The position numbers were made by a program, and so were the translations under genes. From the NCBI GenBank assembly GCA_032718475.1, contig JAUCBJ010002152.1:1-64000 (forward strand): 64,000 nt of DNA, read 5' to 3'. Source of the DNA: Nemertoderma westbladi (Eukaryota > Animalia > Xenacoelomorpha). The stretch's first letter is position 1; each line of letters begins with the position of its first letter. This document shows positions 11,310-25,216 of the stretch, piece after piece. The notes under the pieces are model-generated. The model saw nothing but the letters and a program-made list of their open reading frames with translations, had not been told where the DNA came from and ran no database searches.

Positions 11310-12217
11310 ATGGTGAAACATTATAAGAAAGGTAAAGCAAAAGGACGCACCGGAGGAAATGATGTTCAGAAAAGGATAAACTGGGCGAATCACCCTAGGA
11401 TTATTAAAGCGTTAGAAGAACATCAAACCGTTAGAAGAACATCAAACCGTTAGAAGAACATCAAACCAACCCGAATTCATCCCTATGGGAATTAGCTGTA
11501 GTGCACTCGGTTCCATTTAGTGTGCTCCAGAGAAGATCGTCTGGTAAGGTATCTGTGGATGCTACAGTGGGCCGCAAAACTGTTCTAGATAAGAAGGTGG
11601 AAGAATGTTTCGCTAAAGCATGCATTGTATTTCAATCATGGGGATATCCCCTAACTCGGTGTGAATTGCAGGACGCAGTTGAGTTCTACGTGAATGAACA
11701 GGGGGATGATTCACCACCTACTCCATTTATTGATGGACGGCCAAGCAAGGAATGGGTGGAGTCGTTTATGCTTAGACATCCTGAGCTGAGCATCAGAAAA
11801 ATGGAACAGTTTTCCAAGGCTAGAGGACTGGCCATTACACGTGAATTGATAAACGGGTACTACATTGAGTTAGAAAATATAATTGATAAGCTCAATTTGA
11901 AGGATAAGCCAGCCCAGATTTTTAATGTTGATGAAACTGGATTTTCAACAGATCCTGAAGACACAAGGGTAATAGCGAAGAAGGGTTCGAAGAACGTGAA
12001 CCAATCTATTGGAGGAAGTGGTCGCGAGCATTGGACTGTCAATGGTTGTGCCAGTGCATCTGGACTGATTCTTCCACCTCAGATTCTTTATAAGGGTAAA
12101 AACTTGTATGTACGATTCACCCTCAATGGTTATCCCGGTATGACGTTTGGAATGTGTGATACTGGCTGGATGAATTACTTACTGTTCGTATATCGTTCAG
12201 CAGTTCAGTGCTTTTAA
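11310..12217 (+). pseudogene. pogo/Tigger-family transposase (CENP-B HTH plus start of DDE_1), 3'-truncated
   Basis: WGYPLTR, PFIDGRPSKEWVESFMLRHPELSIR, IFNVDETG, SASGLILPPQILYKGK, TGWMN. The ATG at 11310 is put out of frame by a triplicated 19-mer (11411-11467); similarity ends near 12175. Confidence 0.9.
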
Positions 12218-13564
12218 TCAAAGCCAGAATTCCGGCACCGGCACCACGACCAACGATTTCGGAAGTAACAGACTCCGTCAACAACACTCGGGGTTTAAAA
12301 AATACAACTATTATCGGCAACTTGTAACTGGGCGATCATCTATCTGATAGTTGAAAAAGACTGTCTGACAGTTGGTATCAGACTGTCTGATAGTTAGCGC
12401 CCCATGGGTAAATCCTTACCCCATGGGCCGTTACCTCTCTGACTGACAGCGCAACAGCCCCTATAGGTATTTTGGAGTATTTTGGGGTGTTTTGGGGTAT
12501 TTTGGGGTAATTCGTAGGACCCGTGATACTGTAGATAAAAATTGTAATTTCCTATCAAAACTTACAGACTGAATACCGAAACTGATAGTGCCCCAGTAAA
12601 AAATCTGCATTCGTAACGCATGGGATGGCGCATATTTCACGCATTCGTAACGCATTCTGAAATGTTACATAGATGAACCATGCGATACGAATGCGAAAAC
12701 CGAACCAAATACGCATCCTTTATTCACATATCGAATGTAATACGAACCTTATTCGAATCCCGCACATTCTACGAATGCGCCCCTAATCTTATATGAATGT
12801 TTCCCGCATACTATACGAATGCATCCCGCATGTTATATACGAATGTTTCCCACGCTATACGAATGCGTTACGAATGTTTTACGAGTGTTATACGAATGTT
12901 TACCGCAGGATTTTTATTTTTTTTATTATTTCGCTACAGTTTACATAGTTTTAACAGTTTACAACTGTTAAAACGTGTCCATTTTATTTTATTTTTTTGA
13001 ATATACTTGATATTCCGAATCGAATATGAAAGCCATTTTCAATTTCCCCAAAAAAATGTTCAGATATAATTCAAGAGCACGCAATTTCAGACGTAAATCG
13101 TTATAGTTCTGATTATTTTATTATCTAGAATATTAATTTCAAGCTTTTAATTAATTTAATTAATCTTATTAATTATTATTGATGGTGTATTATTTTTTAC
13201 AGTACCGCTTTCAAATAACGTCGTATTGGATCCTAATAGGATCCTATTAGGATCCAAGTCACTGATTCACTACTATAGGAGTTAGGATTTAATTGGAAAT
13301 GAAATTTAGCCCAAATGCCAGACTTGGAGGCACTTAGGATTTGACTTGGATTTCATTAGGAATTTACTTGGAAATCGGCGCTTACTTTGATGTCTGGATG
13401 GTGGACTGACTCAACTATGCTTGTGCTGGTCCACTTCTTCTCTATCCTGTCAATCATTAAGTTGTATAGAATGGACTACACTCGGCCTAAAGTTTGCGCA
13501 GTGTTCAGTTCATTACATTGAGGTATGGATATCAATGGAAGATTACACTCCTCCTACTGTACCT

Positions 13565-13770
13565 TGTGGGGCGAGCCACGAAGTGAGTGAGCCTTAGCAT
13601 AGTGGTACCATTAATCAACCTGTCGTTCTGTCGTTCTGTCGCGTTCAATTTTAAACGTTAATAACTCGGCCAATCTTTGATGAAATCTATCCAAACTTGG
13701 TACACATGTTGTTTGGCAAAAGTTTAGAAATTTTCCAAATAGAATTTCCGTGTGGCCTTCGAGAAGCTAA
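13565..13770 (+). repeat. Dispersed Helentron/DINE-like repeat; related copies in opposite orientation at ~47830-47991, ~58580-58925, ~59600-59890
   Basis: Shared terminus TGTGGGGCGAGCCAC (reverse GTGGCTCGCCC(C)ACA), CTGT/GACA microsatellite and AAAyTTgGT core. Confidence 0.5.
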
Positions 13771-15597
13771 GATAATAGCAGTTAATTGGTTAATTAAGTT
13801 GATTACGGTAAAAACACCATTTTCAACCTGCCTTTTAAAGGAAATTAATTGTTTTACAGTATAAGATTTAAATAATTATACTTAAAAATTATACAGATGT
13901 AATCCACATACGCCATCTCTATTATAGTTTTTAATTAGTTCAAGTGATTTGCTTTAATAATTGTGTCTTTAATTGATCTAAAGTAATTAAAACGGCGTAA
14001 AAAATTGATTCTCATTAAATACTGCTCATTTATTGGCCAACATGCTGGTACATAGATGGAAGGATGTGTGTTAAGGCATCCAGTTGCTGGGAATGATTAT
14101 TGGTCAAGTCTCTGCTGGTGTGCTAGCTGGGAGTTGTGGCTGTAGACTAACCAGAGAGGAATTGTAATAGGCAACCAGTATTGCTATTCCAGCCCAGACA
14201 GCATTCTTTAAATCCAACATCCCAACATTGACTCTACTATAAGTGTTGTATTGCTATCTCAGGTAAATGACAGATATAATAACATAAATACCATCCATGG
14301 CATGGCTGTTGTAGGCTTCTGAAATAGTTTATTCCACAATGTATATGTCTGGTTATTTTTTAATTGAATTTTTGCAAAGTAGTAAAATTAATGTTCTTAA
14401 AAATAATATTATTATTTTATATGTAACCTAGGAAATTAGCTACATTTTTTCGCTGCAGCTTTAAGAGTGTACATTGATTTAATATTATTTCAATACCCAT
14501 ATTACTACATCGGCATAAGATGCGTTGGCGTTGTATCACACATCTCCACATATCACACATCTCCACATAGATGTATCAGCAGTTACTCGCACAGTTTCGA
14601 AACTTCGCATAGTTATAACTGTATAAAGATCGTCAGTCTGCGTTTAGGAAAAATATTTTATGACAAAACAGGACAAGCGACGAGCGCAACGAGGCATATA
14701 ATGAAGACGAGTACTGCGTTGACTAAATTATTATATAAACCACCTGGCTTCACATATTGATCGCATCCCTAGTTATTATTATTATTATAAAGATCGTCCT
14801 AGCCTGCGTTTAAGAAATATATTTAAATACAAAACAGGACGAACCCAAAGAGGCTTATAATGAAAACGAGTACTGCGTTTATTATATTCCTATTAACCAC
14901 CTGGCTTTCCATATTTAACGTGCGATTGGAAATAAGTTCGTGCTACCCTTCCGTGGGTGGTAGATGTCGCGGTTATGTATTGGTGGTTGGGAAGGGTGGG
15001 GGGGGGGGGGGGGGATTAAAAGGGGTGAACACGTACTGTCCCCCTTTCTTTGATTGATTGGTGGTGTGTGTAAATTTCTCAAAACCTGATTTTGTGATAC
15101 AGTCGCTCAATTTTAATTTGTATCTAATAACTGGGCCTCGTGCTGCGCGAAGGCCCCACGAACGTGTATTGTATTGCCAGCCTCTGACGTAAATAATATT
15201 TAAAATATGAACTCTAATAGATGAAATCCACACACATCCGCACATAGTTAACGTCCGTGGGCTGGTGGGCTCTGGAATAATTCGAAATCGTATTGAACTT
15301 ACAAATAAATGTAGGATCACATACTGTATTTATTATTATTGAACATATTTTTTTAGAAATAAAGAGTAAAACAGAATGTTTGTTTAATTATTAATAGAAT
15401 AAATATTAGTTTATTTTCATTTATTAGTTTAATTAATAATTAGACAGGGGCTAAAACTGGGCGACTAAATAAATGTATAATATCCACGGGAAATTTTCAT
15501 TTCCTATACATATTGACATTCTGCTTACTATACAAAGACTGCTGCTTGCTGTAAGAGGTTTACAGGGGTAGATCATTGGGTGTTCTATTATGTTCTA

Positions 15598-16883
15598 TCT
15601 TGAGAGACTGCTCCGTGGAAATCAGAATGGGTTCCGTAAAGGTCGTGGAACCATGGAGCCCATTTTGGCACTTAGAAGGATAATTGAAGAATTATCAAAA
15701 AAGAAAGACAGTCATCTGGCTGTTATCTTTGTTGACTTCTTCAAGGCCTTTGATTCAGTCTCTCGCTCACGTATGTTCAGCATACTTTCATTATATGGGA
15801 TTCCTGATGAAATTATTGCAGCAATCAGATCAGTATACGATGGTTCGACAACATTTGTGTCTACTGTTGACGGTGACACAGAACCATTTGAAGTGTTATG
15901 GGGCGTCCTCCAAGGAGACACACTTGCACCATTCTTGTTCATTATTGTGGTTGACTATGTTCTACGCATGTCCTTAGATCATCATAATGATGATGGGGTG
16001 ATGATAACTCCACCTACTGGCTCCAGAAGTCGAGGAAATCCTGCCAAGTACCTAACTGATCTAGACTTTGCTGATGACTTAGGAGTACTCTCAGAATCAT
16101 TAGAGGGAGCCCAACGGCTCCTAAGCTCATTAGAACATGCTGCTTCTAGTGTTGGTCTTTTTATTAACTCCAGAAAGACCAAAATTCTGACTGTTAACTT
16201 TGAAAGTCTCTGATCGGATGAGCATAAGCTCAAAGGATGGTATGCTTGAGCATGTGGACGACTTCTGTTACCTGGGATCATGGATCCGGAAGTCAGGTGA
16301 GGACCTTCGAATACGTAAGGGAAAGGCATGGACAGCCTTGAATAGGCTTTCCAGGATTTGGAAGTCATCGAGAATTTATCGGAAACTTAAGGTCCGATTA
16401 TTTAGAGCAGCAGTAGTTCCAGTACTCCTCTACGGGAGTCCATGCTGGGCTCTAACTGCTGAGGACACCAAATCTCTGGATGGCACATTCACAAGAATGC
16501 TACGCCGGGTTCATTGTGTCAAGTACAATGCACACATCTCCAACCAGACACTATATAACATTGGAGGTGTCTCATTGGTTCCCCCAAGCTTGACACTAGA
16601 ACAAAATCGCCTCTGCTTTGCAGGACATTGCTTTCGCCCTTAGGACCAGCCAGTGCATAATCTTGTACTTTGGCAGCCTCATGGAGTGAATAAGCATGGT
16701 GGACAGCCCATGACTTTCTTGAGACGCATCTTAAAGGACACTGGCCTTAAAGATGCGGATGATCTAGCAAATGTCATGGGTGATAGGGAGTTGTGGCGGT
16801 GCAATTTTGTTGAAAAGCCGGCACAGCATTCTTAAAAATGCAGCTGCAATGCAGCATGCCGATCCTAGTAGTAGTAGTAGTAG
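15598..16883 (+). mobile_element. RTE-clade LINE, 5'-truncated RT fragment
   Basis: NQNGFRKGRGT, FVDFFKAFDSV, GVLQGDTLAPFLF, DLDFADD, FCYLGS; (TAG)n tail; frameshift near 16200. Confidence 0.93.
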
Positions 16884-17779
16884 TTCTATTATAGTCTTAA
16901 AAATAAATATGGGTTATTACCTATTAATTATTAGCAGCCCACGGCTGCTTATTCTATTAGCGGCCGAGAAAATGCAAGTCAGAACAAAACGTTTGGTACC
17001 GAGTACCACATTGCTAATAAACTACTAAAGCGAATCAATTTCACGAACCATTTAGCGCTTAAATCTCGTCTGATCGATATAATTTGGAGATACTTCATTA
17101 GTTTAAACATTACTCAATTGATAATTCTTGTAGCTGGACAATGTGTTGCAGCTATGTCTTAATGATCTGTTGAAACAATAACTCTAATCTCGATGATATA
17201 TGATTTATACCCATAGATAACGACGTATAATGCTTTTATTAATACATATTTTATTTCACTTCACATCCACTCTGGTCCTTTTAATACGCATATATTTCAT
17301 CTAAATTTAAATTTAATACGCATATATTTTATCTCATTCCATATGACATCCAGTCTGTCTCATAATTATTAGCAATGCCCCTTTAATGGAATATTTCTTA
17401 TCTATTGTACTTTATTTATTGACTCACATTTTAAAATACGTATGTTTTTAACTATTACTTTACCTTTATTACTTTACCTATTACCTTTACTATTACTTAC
17501 TTTTATCTATCTAACTGTATTAACTAAAGTTAATTTGTCAGCATATGTTATCTTTGTTCTAAGTTACAGTATGGTGTAAATTTATATTAATAAATAATAA
17601 TAATAATATTATATTAGTTATTATTTATAAATATAATGTAGAACTTCGATCTTGATGTCTTTCAAACAGGTGTCGGAGCAGTTTCTACTGCAGCTCCTCT
17701 TGTAACGAACGTAACAACTACAAAACAAATATATTGAATAACTTATTATTAATAGCTTATTTAAGGCAGTAATTTGAAT

Positions 17780-17876
17780 CTTTGGGCCAAAACGTCCGAC
17801 AAGCCAATCATGTATTTTATTTATTGGGCCGAAACGTCCTAGGCCAAAACGTCTTAGACCGAAACGTCTGTTACCC
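17780..17876. repeat. Terminal array of GCCGAAACGTC motifs, probable DNA-transposon end
   Basis: Four CC(G/A)AAACGTC units ending in GTTACCC; no partner end identified. Confidence 0.4.
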
Positions 17877-18029
17877 ATTTTACACAAGCCGCGATACCTT
17901 TACTGAGTGGTAGTTAATGTGTCCAGATGTTGAGTTAAAGCCAGTAGTGTGTTCTTTGCATATTTAACATTAGCCTATGGGGAGTATTGTTGTTGTAAGG
18001 GAAATACAACTCAACCACTAGACAAGGCG

Positions 18030-18498
18030 AGTAGTAGAAGAAGAGTGTCCCCCCGCGAACTCCTCCCTAGCCTGGGCTACGGGCTGCATCTCGGAGGGCT
18101 ATTAAAAACGTGCTAAATCGCGATGTTTAATGACCATCTGTCACCATAAAAATTGATTCGTGTCGATGCCTTCAACCAATCGTTGCCTATCGCCTACGCG
18201 TAGCCTAACCTCGATAGCTGTTACCAACCGTGAGTATTGATTCGCGTTGTTGCATCAACCAACCATCGCATATTCATCTTCGCGTAACCTAACTTCACGA
18301 TGCATGGCTAGCCCCCACTACGCTATTATATTATATATCGATTGCCAACTCACCACCGCTAGCCACGCACGGCTACTCCTCGACGGCTGTCGCCAAATCA
18401 ATCCAACCAACCAAGCAGCCTACCAGTCCAATCCAACGCTATGATACGTGAAATTCCGCCACGTTCCAGCTACACGTATACGGATATTTCCATAGTTA
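18030..18498 (+). repeat. Maverick left TIR
   Basis: Reverse complement of 46006-46487 with a few substitutions and indels. Confidence 0.95.
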
Positions 18499-18535
18499 TT
18501 TCCTATCCAGGCAACCAACCACTGTATACTGTATA

Positions 18536-19064
18536 TGTTAGCTTATCCAATTCCGCTAACACAAACCCATAGAGTGAGCCATAAAGCAATATTGGGAGCA
18601 CGAGGTTGATTACCAATCAACCTCGTGTCAGCCCAGTAAACGGGGACAATAGGCCCCAAAGGAGACACACACAATAGGGGTCAGGGGCCAAACCCCTAAC
18701 CGAGAGAGAACACAGGGAGTGAAGGGAAACACTCCAAAGGGTGCCAACAGGGATATCAACCAATCAGAGGGGGGAAAGGCATCGATTGAGTAGCAATAAG
18801 GCCACCGTGCAATATAACCAGTAACCTGTAATCATTCATTCAGTTTACTCAGTCAGATCAGTAGGGTGGAACGGGGACTTCTGTCACCGTCCGCTACCGC
18901 CATTATATATTACCTGTTGTGTCATACTATACTATATCAACTATCAGACTATTATACCTTTATACATATTACCCAACATCAGAACTCTTTTACCTTTCAC
19001 ACACGGCGGGGACGCGTGGATAGAAAACCCAACGGATAAACCGGGATCCGCAGATCCCGTCACA
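18536..19064 (+). repeat. 5' LTR
   Basis: TGTTAGC...CGTCACA, near-identical to 24688-25216 (two substitutions seen). Confidence 0.95.
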
Positions 19065-19221
19065 GTGACAGAACTAGTTCCGCCCAGCTGCCCTGACAGT
19101 GACAGAACTAGTTCCACCCAGCTGCCCTGAAAGTGACAGAACTAGATCCGCCCAGCTGCCCTGACAGAGATAGAATAGAGCTACCGTCCTAGCTAGCGAC
19201 GACCAGCTACTAAAGACGAAG

Positions 19222-22200
19222 ATGAGTAGAGGAGGAGAAACTACACCGCCGCGGACCCCGGACGACGATCTAACGATCCGCGAGGCCACGGCGAGACGAT
19301 ACGAACCCACGACGCCGGTCGATGATACGCCGACCACGTCGACGCAGGTTGACTCTATGTCGATAACGAGCAACACGGCGAACCAAGATGTGGGGGGTCG
19401 TCTACCAGGAGAGAGCGAGTCGAGGGAAGGAGACGAGAAGGGAGGAGAAGAGAAAGACGAGTCGACGCGGAGTGAGGGTCGATATACCGATGTCACCGGT
19501 CAGCCACAGGCCGAGGACGACGGACGGTCCACCGGAACGGCAACGGTGGGGCCGTCGGTACGACGTCGGACCCGGAGAGACAGAGGAGAGGTCGGCGACG
19601 AGGACGTCGGGGTTTCTGATCGACTTCGACGGGCCTACAACGCGACCCGGGAACTACTAAAGGAGGCCAAGGAGGGGGCGAAGATAGACGAGGTGAGACT
19701 GAGAAAGCGACTAGGTGAGTCGAACAGATACTTTGATCACCTAGTGTGTTCTGGACAGAGAGAACTAGCAGAGTTGAGGGCGTGGGGAGTTGCCTTCGAA
19801 CTGTTTAAACTATGGGAGTGTAGGGGTATGCAGCCTAGTGTAGTGTACATAGGGCCATACTTAGTCGATGCCCGGGGAGTAAGATTAGTGGGTTGGAAGA
19901 GACCGCAGGAGGGCGAATCCGAGGTTAACTCCGAGGATTCGGTCTCGTCGGTCGGAGGGAACCCCGGAAAGCGGGGGAAAGTTGGTAGGACGGAGGGGCG
20001 ACGGGAGTCCGTCGCAACCGATAAGTCTGCTACATCCTCCGAAAAAGAAAGACGGGTGCGGAGAAAAAATTTAGAGTATAAATTAGAAATGGCGGCGGCA
20101 GAGCAGAAACGGTTAGAGTGGGAACTAAGGGGTAAAACCGCCGTTTCAGAGAGGTTAGGAGAGTTGGCGAGGGAGTATAGGGAGGGAGTCGAGGAGCGTA
20201 TGGAGCGGGAGATGAGAGTAGAGGATGAGCCGGCGAGGCGGTTTGAGATGGTTGCGAGAGGGGTAGAGTTGGCCGTGCAGAGTGTACGAGAGGAGAGAGA
20301 GAGAGAGATAGAGGTAAAGCGTGAGCGGGATGATTTGCATGCCCGCCTAAGGGGGCTTATGCAATATCAAGCCAAACTGAAGTACCGACTAGAACTGGCG
20401 CGGTTGGGACTGTCAGAGAGTGAGACCCCACTTACAGACACCGGGCGAGAGAACCAGAACTGGTGTAGCCGTACGGGCGGGGGGGTAGTAGTAGTATGTT
20501 AGAAGTAGTTAATGTTAATAGTACCGTATTAGATAACCTTAATCCCTTTATTACAGGGAATAATATTTTACCAGGTAGTAGTAATTTAAATTTAAATACA
20601 AATACTCTAAGTAATAATTTCAATTCAAACCCGCAAAAAAATTCGAATAATAATTTAAGTTTAGAGAATAGTAGTGATCTAAGTAATTTAAATAATTTAA
20701 ATAACAATCCCGTTTCAAATTCTAATAATTTAATTGATTTAACAAATAATATTGGGAATGGTGCTATTAATATGAGCGTGTCGGACGTACATAACTCAGC
20801 AGACGAGGGCCTGGTAGGCCACGTAGTTAGTAGGCAGGAAGTGGCAGGGTTGAGCCAACCCGACGGCGGCCTGGTAGGCCACGTAGTTGGTAGGCAGGAG
20901 GCAGCGGGGTTGAGCCAACCCGAAGTGGGCCTGGTGGGCCACGCAGTAGTAGAGAGAGAGGCGGGGGTGAATAGACCCAGCCGTAGTAGAGACAGTGCGT
21001 CGACTAGAGAGGGGTGTAGAGACGAAGTAAGAGATAGTGAAGTTAGAAGTGGCGGGTGGGGGGGGGGGGGGCTACGGACACCCCACCGCGAGAAGTTAGT
21101 AGAGAGAGAGGGGGGGCAGAGAGTGTCCCACAGCCGTCAGTGGATAATGCGCGGGCCGAATCAGGTAAACCGCAACACCCGGCGACGGAGAGTAATAGGG
21201 GGATTGCGAGTGTCCCCAGCGGCGTGCGATCGAGCAGAGAGAGGCAGGTTGACGTCGCGAGAGGGCAGACGAAGCGTCGGGCCCGATCAGAAGAGAGAAG
21301 AAGAAGAGTGGAGTTTAACCGGGAGGTCGACGAGAGATCTCACCAGCCGGAATACTGCACTGAAAAGAGAAGAAGAGGAGATAGTAGAAAAGGTGTCGCC
21401 ACGAACGATAGGAGTGCGAGGACGGATAACGGTCCGTCGATAGTAGAGATGGAGTCAGGGTGCCAGTGGGGTCGAACTTCGGGAGATTGCCGTCGCCCCG
21501 GAGAAACGCACCGCACGCCAAGAGAGGGGCACAAGACGTACCAATACAGAGTCGAGAACAGGAGAGGGGATCGGAGAGAAGCTTCCCGACGGGATATAGC
21601 TGCCGATCGAGAGTGCAGTAGTCGCGGGGAGATTCGAGATTCGCGAAGAATAAACTTCGGTTCGGAAGGGCACATGCAGACTGCAGGACATACTGTAGGC
21701 CTTACTGCACATACTATTATAGGCCATGCTGGGAGAGATAGAGTAGGCGATGGGGTAGCGCGAACGACGGGATTAAACCCGGAAGTCGCGGAGTACATAC
21801 CGGTAGGTAGGCGAGAAGTGGGTAGGCCTATATCGATACAGCAGCATGACTATAATACACAGGGACATAACATATATCCAGGGGAGGGGGGAGTTATTGG
21901 AGATAGACGTATGGGCCCCAATGTATTAACATCAACCCCAGTACCAAACATACCGACCGGGGGGGGACAGGGTGACATTCCCCCATCACAATATCGACAA
22001 TATACCCCGATAGGAGCAAGAACATCGAACTCCCTGGACGAGAGCAGGTCGTGCGGACAGTCACCACCACACGCGGCCATACAGGGGACTACCAGTCCAC
22101 GGTTAGCTGGTAGCAGGGCCACACCGTGGTGGGGACAAGAAGAAAATAACACCAAAAATAAACACAATCCCAATATACCCAGTAGGCCGAGTCTAGACAA

Positions 22201-22825
22201 CCAAAACATTAAATCGGTACATATAAACCTAAGCGCGATACGTGAAGGACTATACAGGAAACGCTATAATCCGGGATTCCAATGTCAATTACATCGGGAC
22301 GGAACCCATAAGACCAGGAGTTGCAAGTACTGGCAAGCGTTGCCCAAACGAGATCGTGTAGCCTACACAGACGCAAACGGACTATGTCATCGATGTGTGG
22401 TAAAAGGACACAGATCCGGAGAGTGTTGGAAAGGGAGAGGATGTGAAAGGACTAAACCAGGGGCAGAGAAGCCCATTAGCAAACATAAGGGAGTCGGGAA
22501 AGTAGAAGGAGGCGTGTTGCATACACACGCAGGGCTGACACAGTGCGAGGGGGCATCACATGGGCAGACACCGCGTATGCCGAGGAACGAGCGGGGGTCG
22601 TCGAGGGCTCTAATGCCAGCGCACATACGAAGGGGGAGGCCAGCAAAGGTAGCACCGAAGAGAGTGTGGCGAAGAGTTAGAGGACGTATAGGAGGCCAGC
22701 AGGAGAGTGCCTACTGGAAGAAGGGGCACGTGAGAGTTTTTAGTCGTCCAAAGTTTTGGACTGAGGGGGGTGGGAATGAGGGCGAGACGCCCTTCCCACG
22801 CACAAAATATAAAATAATTATTTAA
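19222..22825 (+). pseudogene. Gag-like polyprotein in three frames (19222-20502, 20496-21443, 21056-22825)
   Basis: Coiled-coil N-terminal part; CQLH..H..C..W..L...R......GLCHRC..GH....C motif typical of Bel/Pao gag; frame changes lie near G homopolymers. Confidence 0.7.
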
Positions 22826-22849
22826 TTAAAAATAATTAAATAATAGAGT

Positions 22850-24340
22850 AGGTAGAAGTTAGGTAGTTAGTTAGTTAGTTAAAAGGGTGGTACGTGTAGT
22901 ACCGTTAGTAGAAGAGTTAGTAGGAGGGTACGTGTAGTACCGTTAGTAGAAGAGTTAGTAGGAGGGTACGTGTAGTACCGTTAGTAGGAGGGTACGTGTA
23001 GTACCGTTAGTAGAAGAGTTAGTAGGAGGGTACGTGTAGTACCGTTAGTAGAAGAGAGTTAGAGGGTACGTAAGTACCGCTAGTTAGTTAGAGTTAGAGG
23101 GTACGTAAGTACCGCTAGTTAGTTAGAGAGCTAGAGGGTACGTAAGTACCACTAGGTAGTTAGAGTTAGAGGGTACGTAGTACCGCTAGTTAGAGTAAGA
23201 GTTAGAGGGTACGTAGTACCGCTAGTTAGAGTAGTAAGAGGGTACGTTGTACCGCTAGCTAGTAGAGAGAGCTAGAGTAGTAAGAGGGTACGTTGTACCG
23301 CTAGCTAGTAGAGAGAGCTAGAGTAGTAAGAGGGTACGTAGTACCTCTAGTTAGGGGTGTTAGTAGTAGCAGTAGAGGGTTGTGGGCACCGTAAGCGCCA
23401 CGTAGTTAGAGTTAGTAGGGAATGCGCTGAACTTAGTGGGGCACGGGCGTGATGATGTGTTTGATGTAAGAGCAAGGTATGTTAATTAGGGTGGGTGCCG
23501 GGCACAAGAGGTGCCGGGCACAAAAAGAGTAGAGTAGTAGACGGGCACATAGGGTGCCAGGTAGTAGAGTTAGAGAGTTAGAGATAGTGTAGAGTAGTAG
23601 AGAGGGCACATAGGGTGCCAGTTAGTAGAGTTAGAAGGTGCCGGGCACAAGAGGTGCCGGGCACAAAAAGAGTTAGTAGAGTTAGAAGAGAGTTAGTAGA
23701 GTTAGTAGAGTCAGTAGTAGTTCACATAATTAATGTACCCACTCTGCCGGCACTCAGAGCGTCACGTGTAGGCGATGAGACGTAAAGGGGGTGTAGAGGA
23801 GTAGAGACGGGCACATAGGGTGCCAGAGAGTAGAAGAGTAGAGACGGGCACATAGGGTGCCAGGTAGTAGAGTAGAGCAGAGGGGGCACATAGGGTGCCA
23901 GGTAGTAGAGCTAGAGAGGTAGTTGAGTAGTAGAAGGGCACATAGGGTGCCAGATAGTAGAGTGGTTGTGGGCACCGCAAGCGCCACGTAGTTAGTAGAG
24001 CTAGTTAGTAGAGTTAGTAGAGCTAGTTAGTAGAGTTAGTAGAGCTAGTTAGTAGAGTTAGCAGAGCTAGTGGAGTAGAGTTAGTAGAGCTAGTTAGCAG
24101 AGTTGGTAGACTCAGAGGAGTCAAGTAGAGTTAGTAGAAGTAGAGAGCTAGTAGGAGTTAGTTAGACTTAGTAGAGAGTTAGAGTCAGTAGAAAGTTAGA
24201 GGCTCTCAGTTAGAGTTAGAAGTAGTAAGAGTTAGTAGTTAGCAGAGTTAGTTAGATAGTTAGAGTTAGTAAGCAGTAGGTAGATAGTATGATAGCACAG
24301 GGGTAGCATTAGAGATTAAAGCCTTAGGGAGTGACAAGAG
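22850..24340. repeat. Purine-rich tandem arrays inside the LTR element
   Basis: GAGGGTACGTGTAGTACCGTTAGTAG, GGGCACATAGGGTGCCAG and TAGAGTTAG/TAGAGCTAG arrays. Confidence 0.9.
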
Positions 24341-24687
24341 AGTAGAGAGTAATAGTGCGGAGTGCGAAGAGAGCGTGGGCGCAATTCAAGTGTGGGGGAG
24401 GAGAAGTGAGAGGAAGAGTGTGGGACGAGGACGTCCGGGGGTATGCGAGAGTTGGAGTAGAGTGGTGAGAGTGTTGGGGAAACAAAAATTGTGTGAGAGA
24501 AGCGCACGATCGGCCCGACACGAGACGCCAGAGGGTAGTGACATCATACCCATAGGGAGCGGCCTGGAAAGCCGACTCCGAAAAAATAGACCCACCCCAC
24601 ACCCGATGCTAGATCGGGATCCAGCGGAATTGTAGCGCACTTGAGTTGGATGCTATCTTCTCACCGGGAAGATAGCATGGGGGGGAG

Positions 24688-25216
24688 TGTTAGCTTATCC
24701 AATTCCGCTAACACAAACCCATAGAGTGAGCCATAAAGCAATATTGGGAGCACGAGGTTGATTACCAATCAACCTCGTGTCAGCCCAGTAAACGGGGACA
24801 ATAGGCCCCAAAGGAGACACACACAATAGGGGTCAGGGGCCAAACCCCTAACCGAGAGAGAACACAGGGAGTGAAGGGAAACACTCCAAAGGGTGCCAAC
24901 AGGGATATCAACCAATCAGAGGGGGGAAAGGCATCGATTGAGTAGCAATAAGGCCACCGTGCAATATAACCAGTAACCTGTAATCATTCATTCAGTTTAC
25001 TCAGTCAGATCAGTAGGGTGGAACGGGGACTTCTGTCACCGTCCGCTACTGCCATTATATATTACCTGTTGTGTCATAATATACTATATCAACTATCAGA
25101 CTATTATACCTTTATACATATTACCCAACATCAGAACTCTTTTACCTTTCACACACGGCGGGGACGCGTGGATAGAAAACCCAACGGATAAACCGGGATC
25201 CGCAGATCCCGTCACA
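24688..25216 (+). repeat. 3' LTR
   Basis: Follows the PPT; near-identical to the 5' LTR. Confidence 0.95.

Larger units (their letters stand above)
18536..25216 (+). mobile_element. Non-autonomous (gag-only) Bel/Pao-like LTR retrotransposon inserted in the Maverick
   Basis: Two 529-bp TG..CA LTRs, 5-bp TSD GTATA (18531-18535, 25217-25221), PPT GGGGGGGAG, Bel/Pao-type Cys/His gag motif, no pol. Confidence 0.93.

Noticed and set aside
18247-18444. ORF repeated at 46053-46262
   Set aside because: Both lie in the Maverick TIRs; non-ATG starts and indels between them indicate non-coding sequence.
23754-24640. Short ORFs in the LTR element's repeat region
   Set aside because: Translations of tandem repeats with no recognisable domains.
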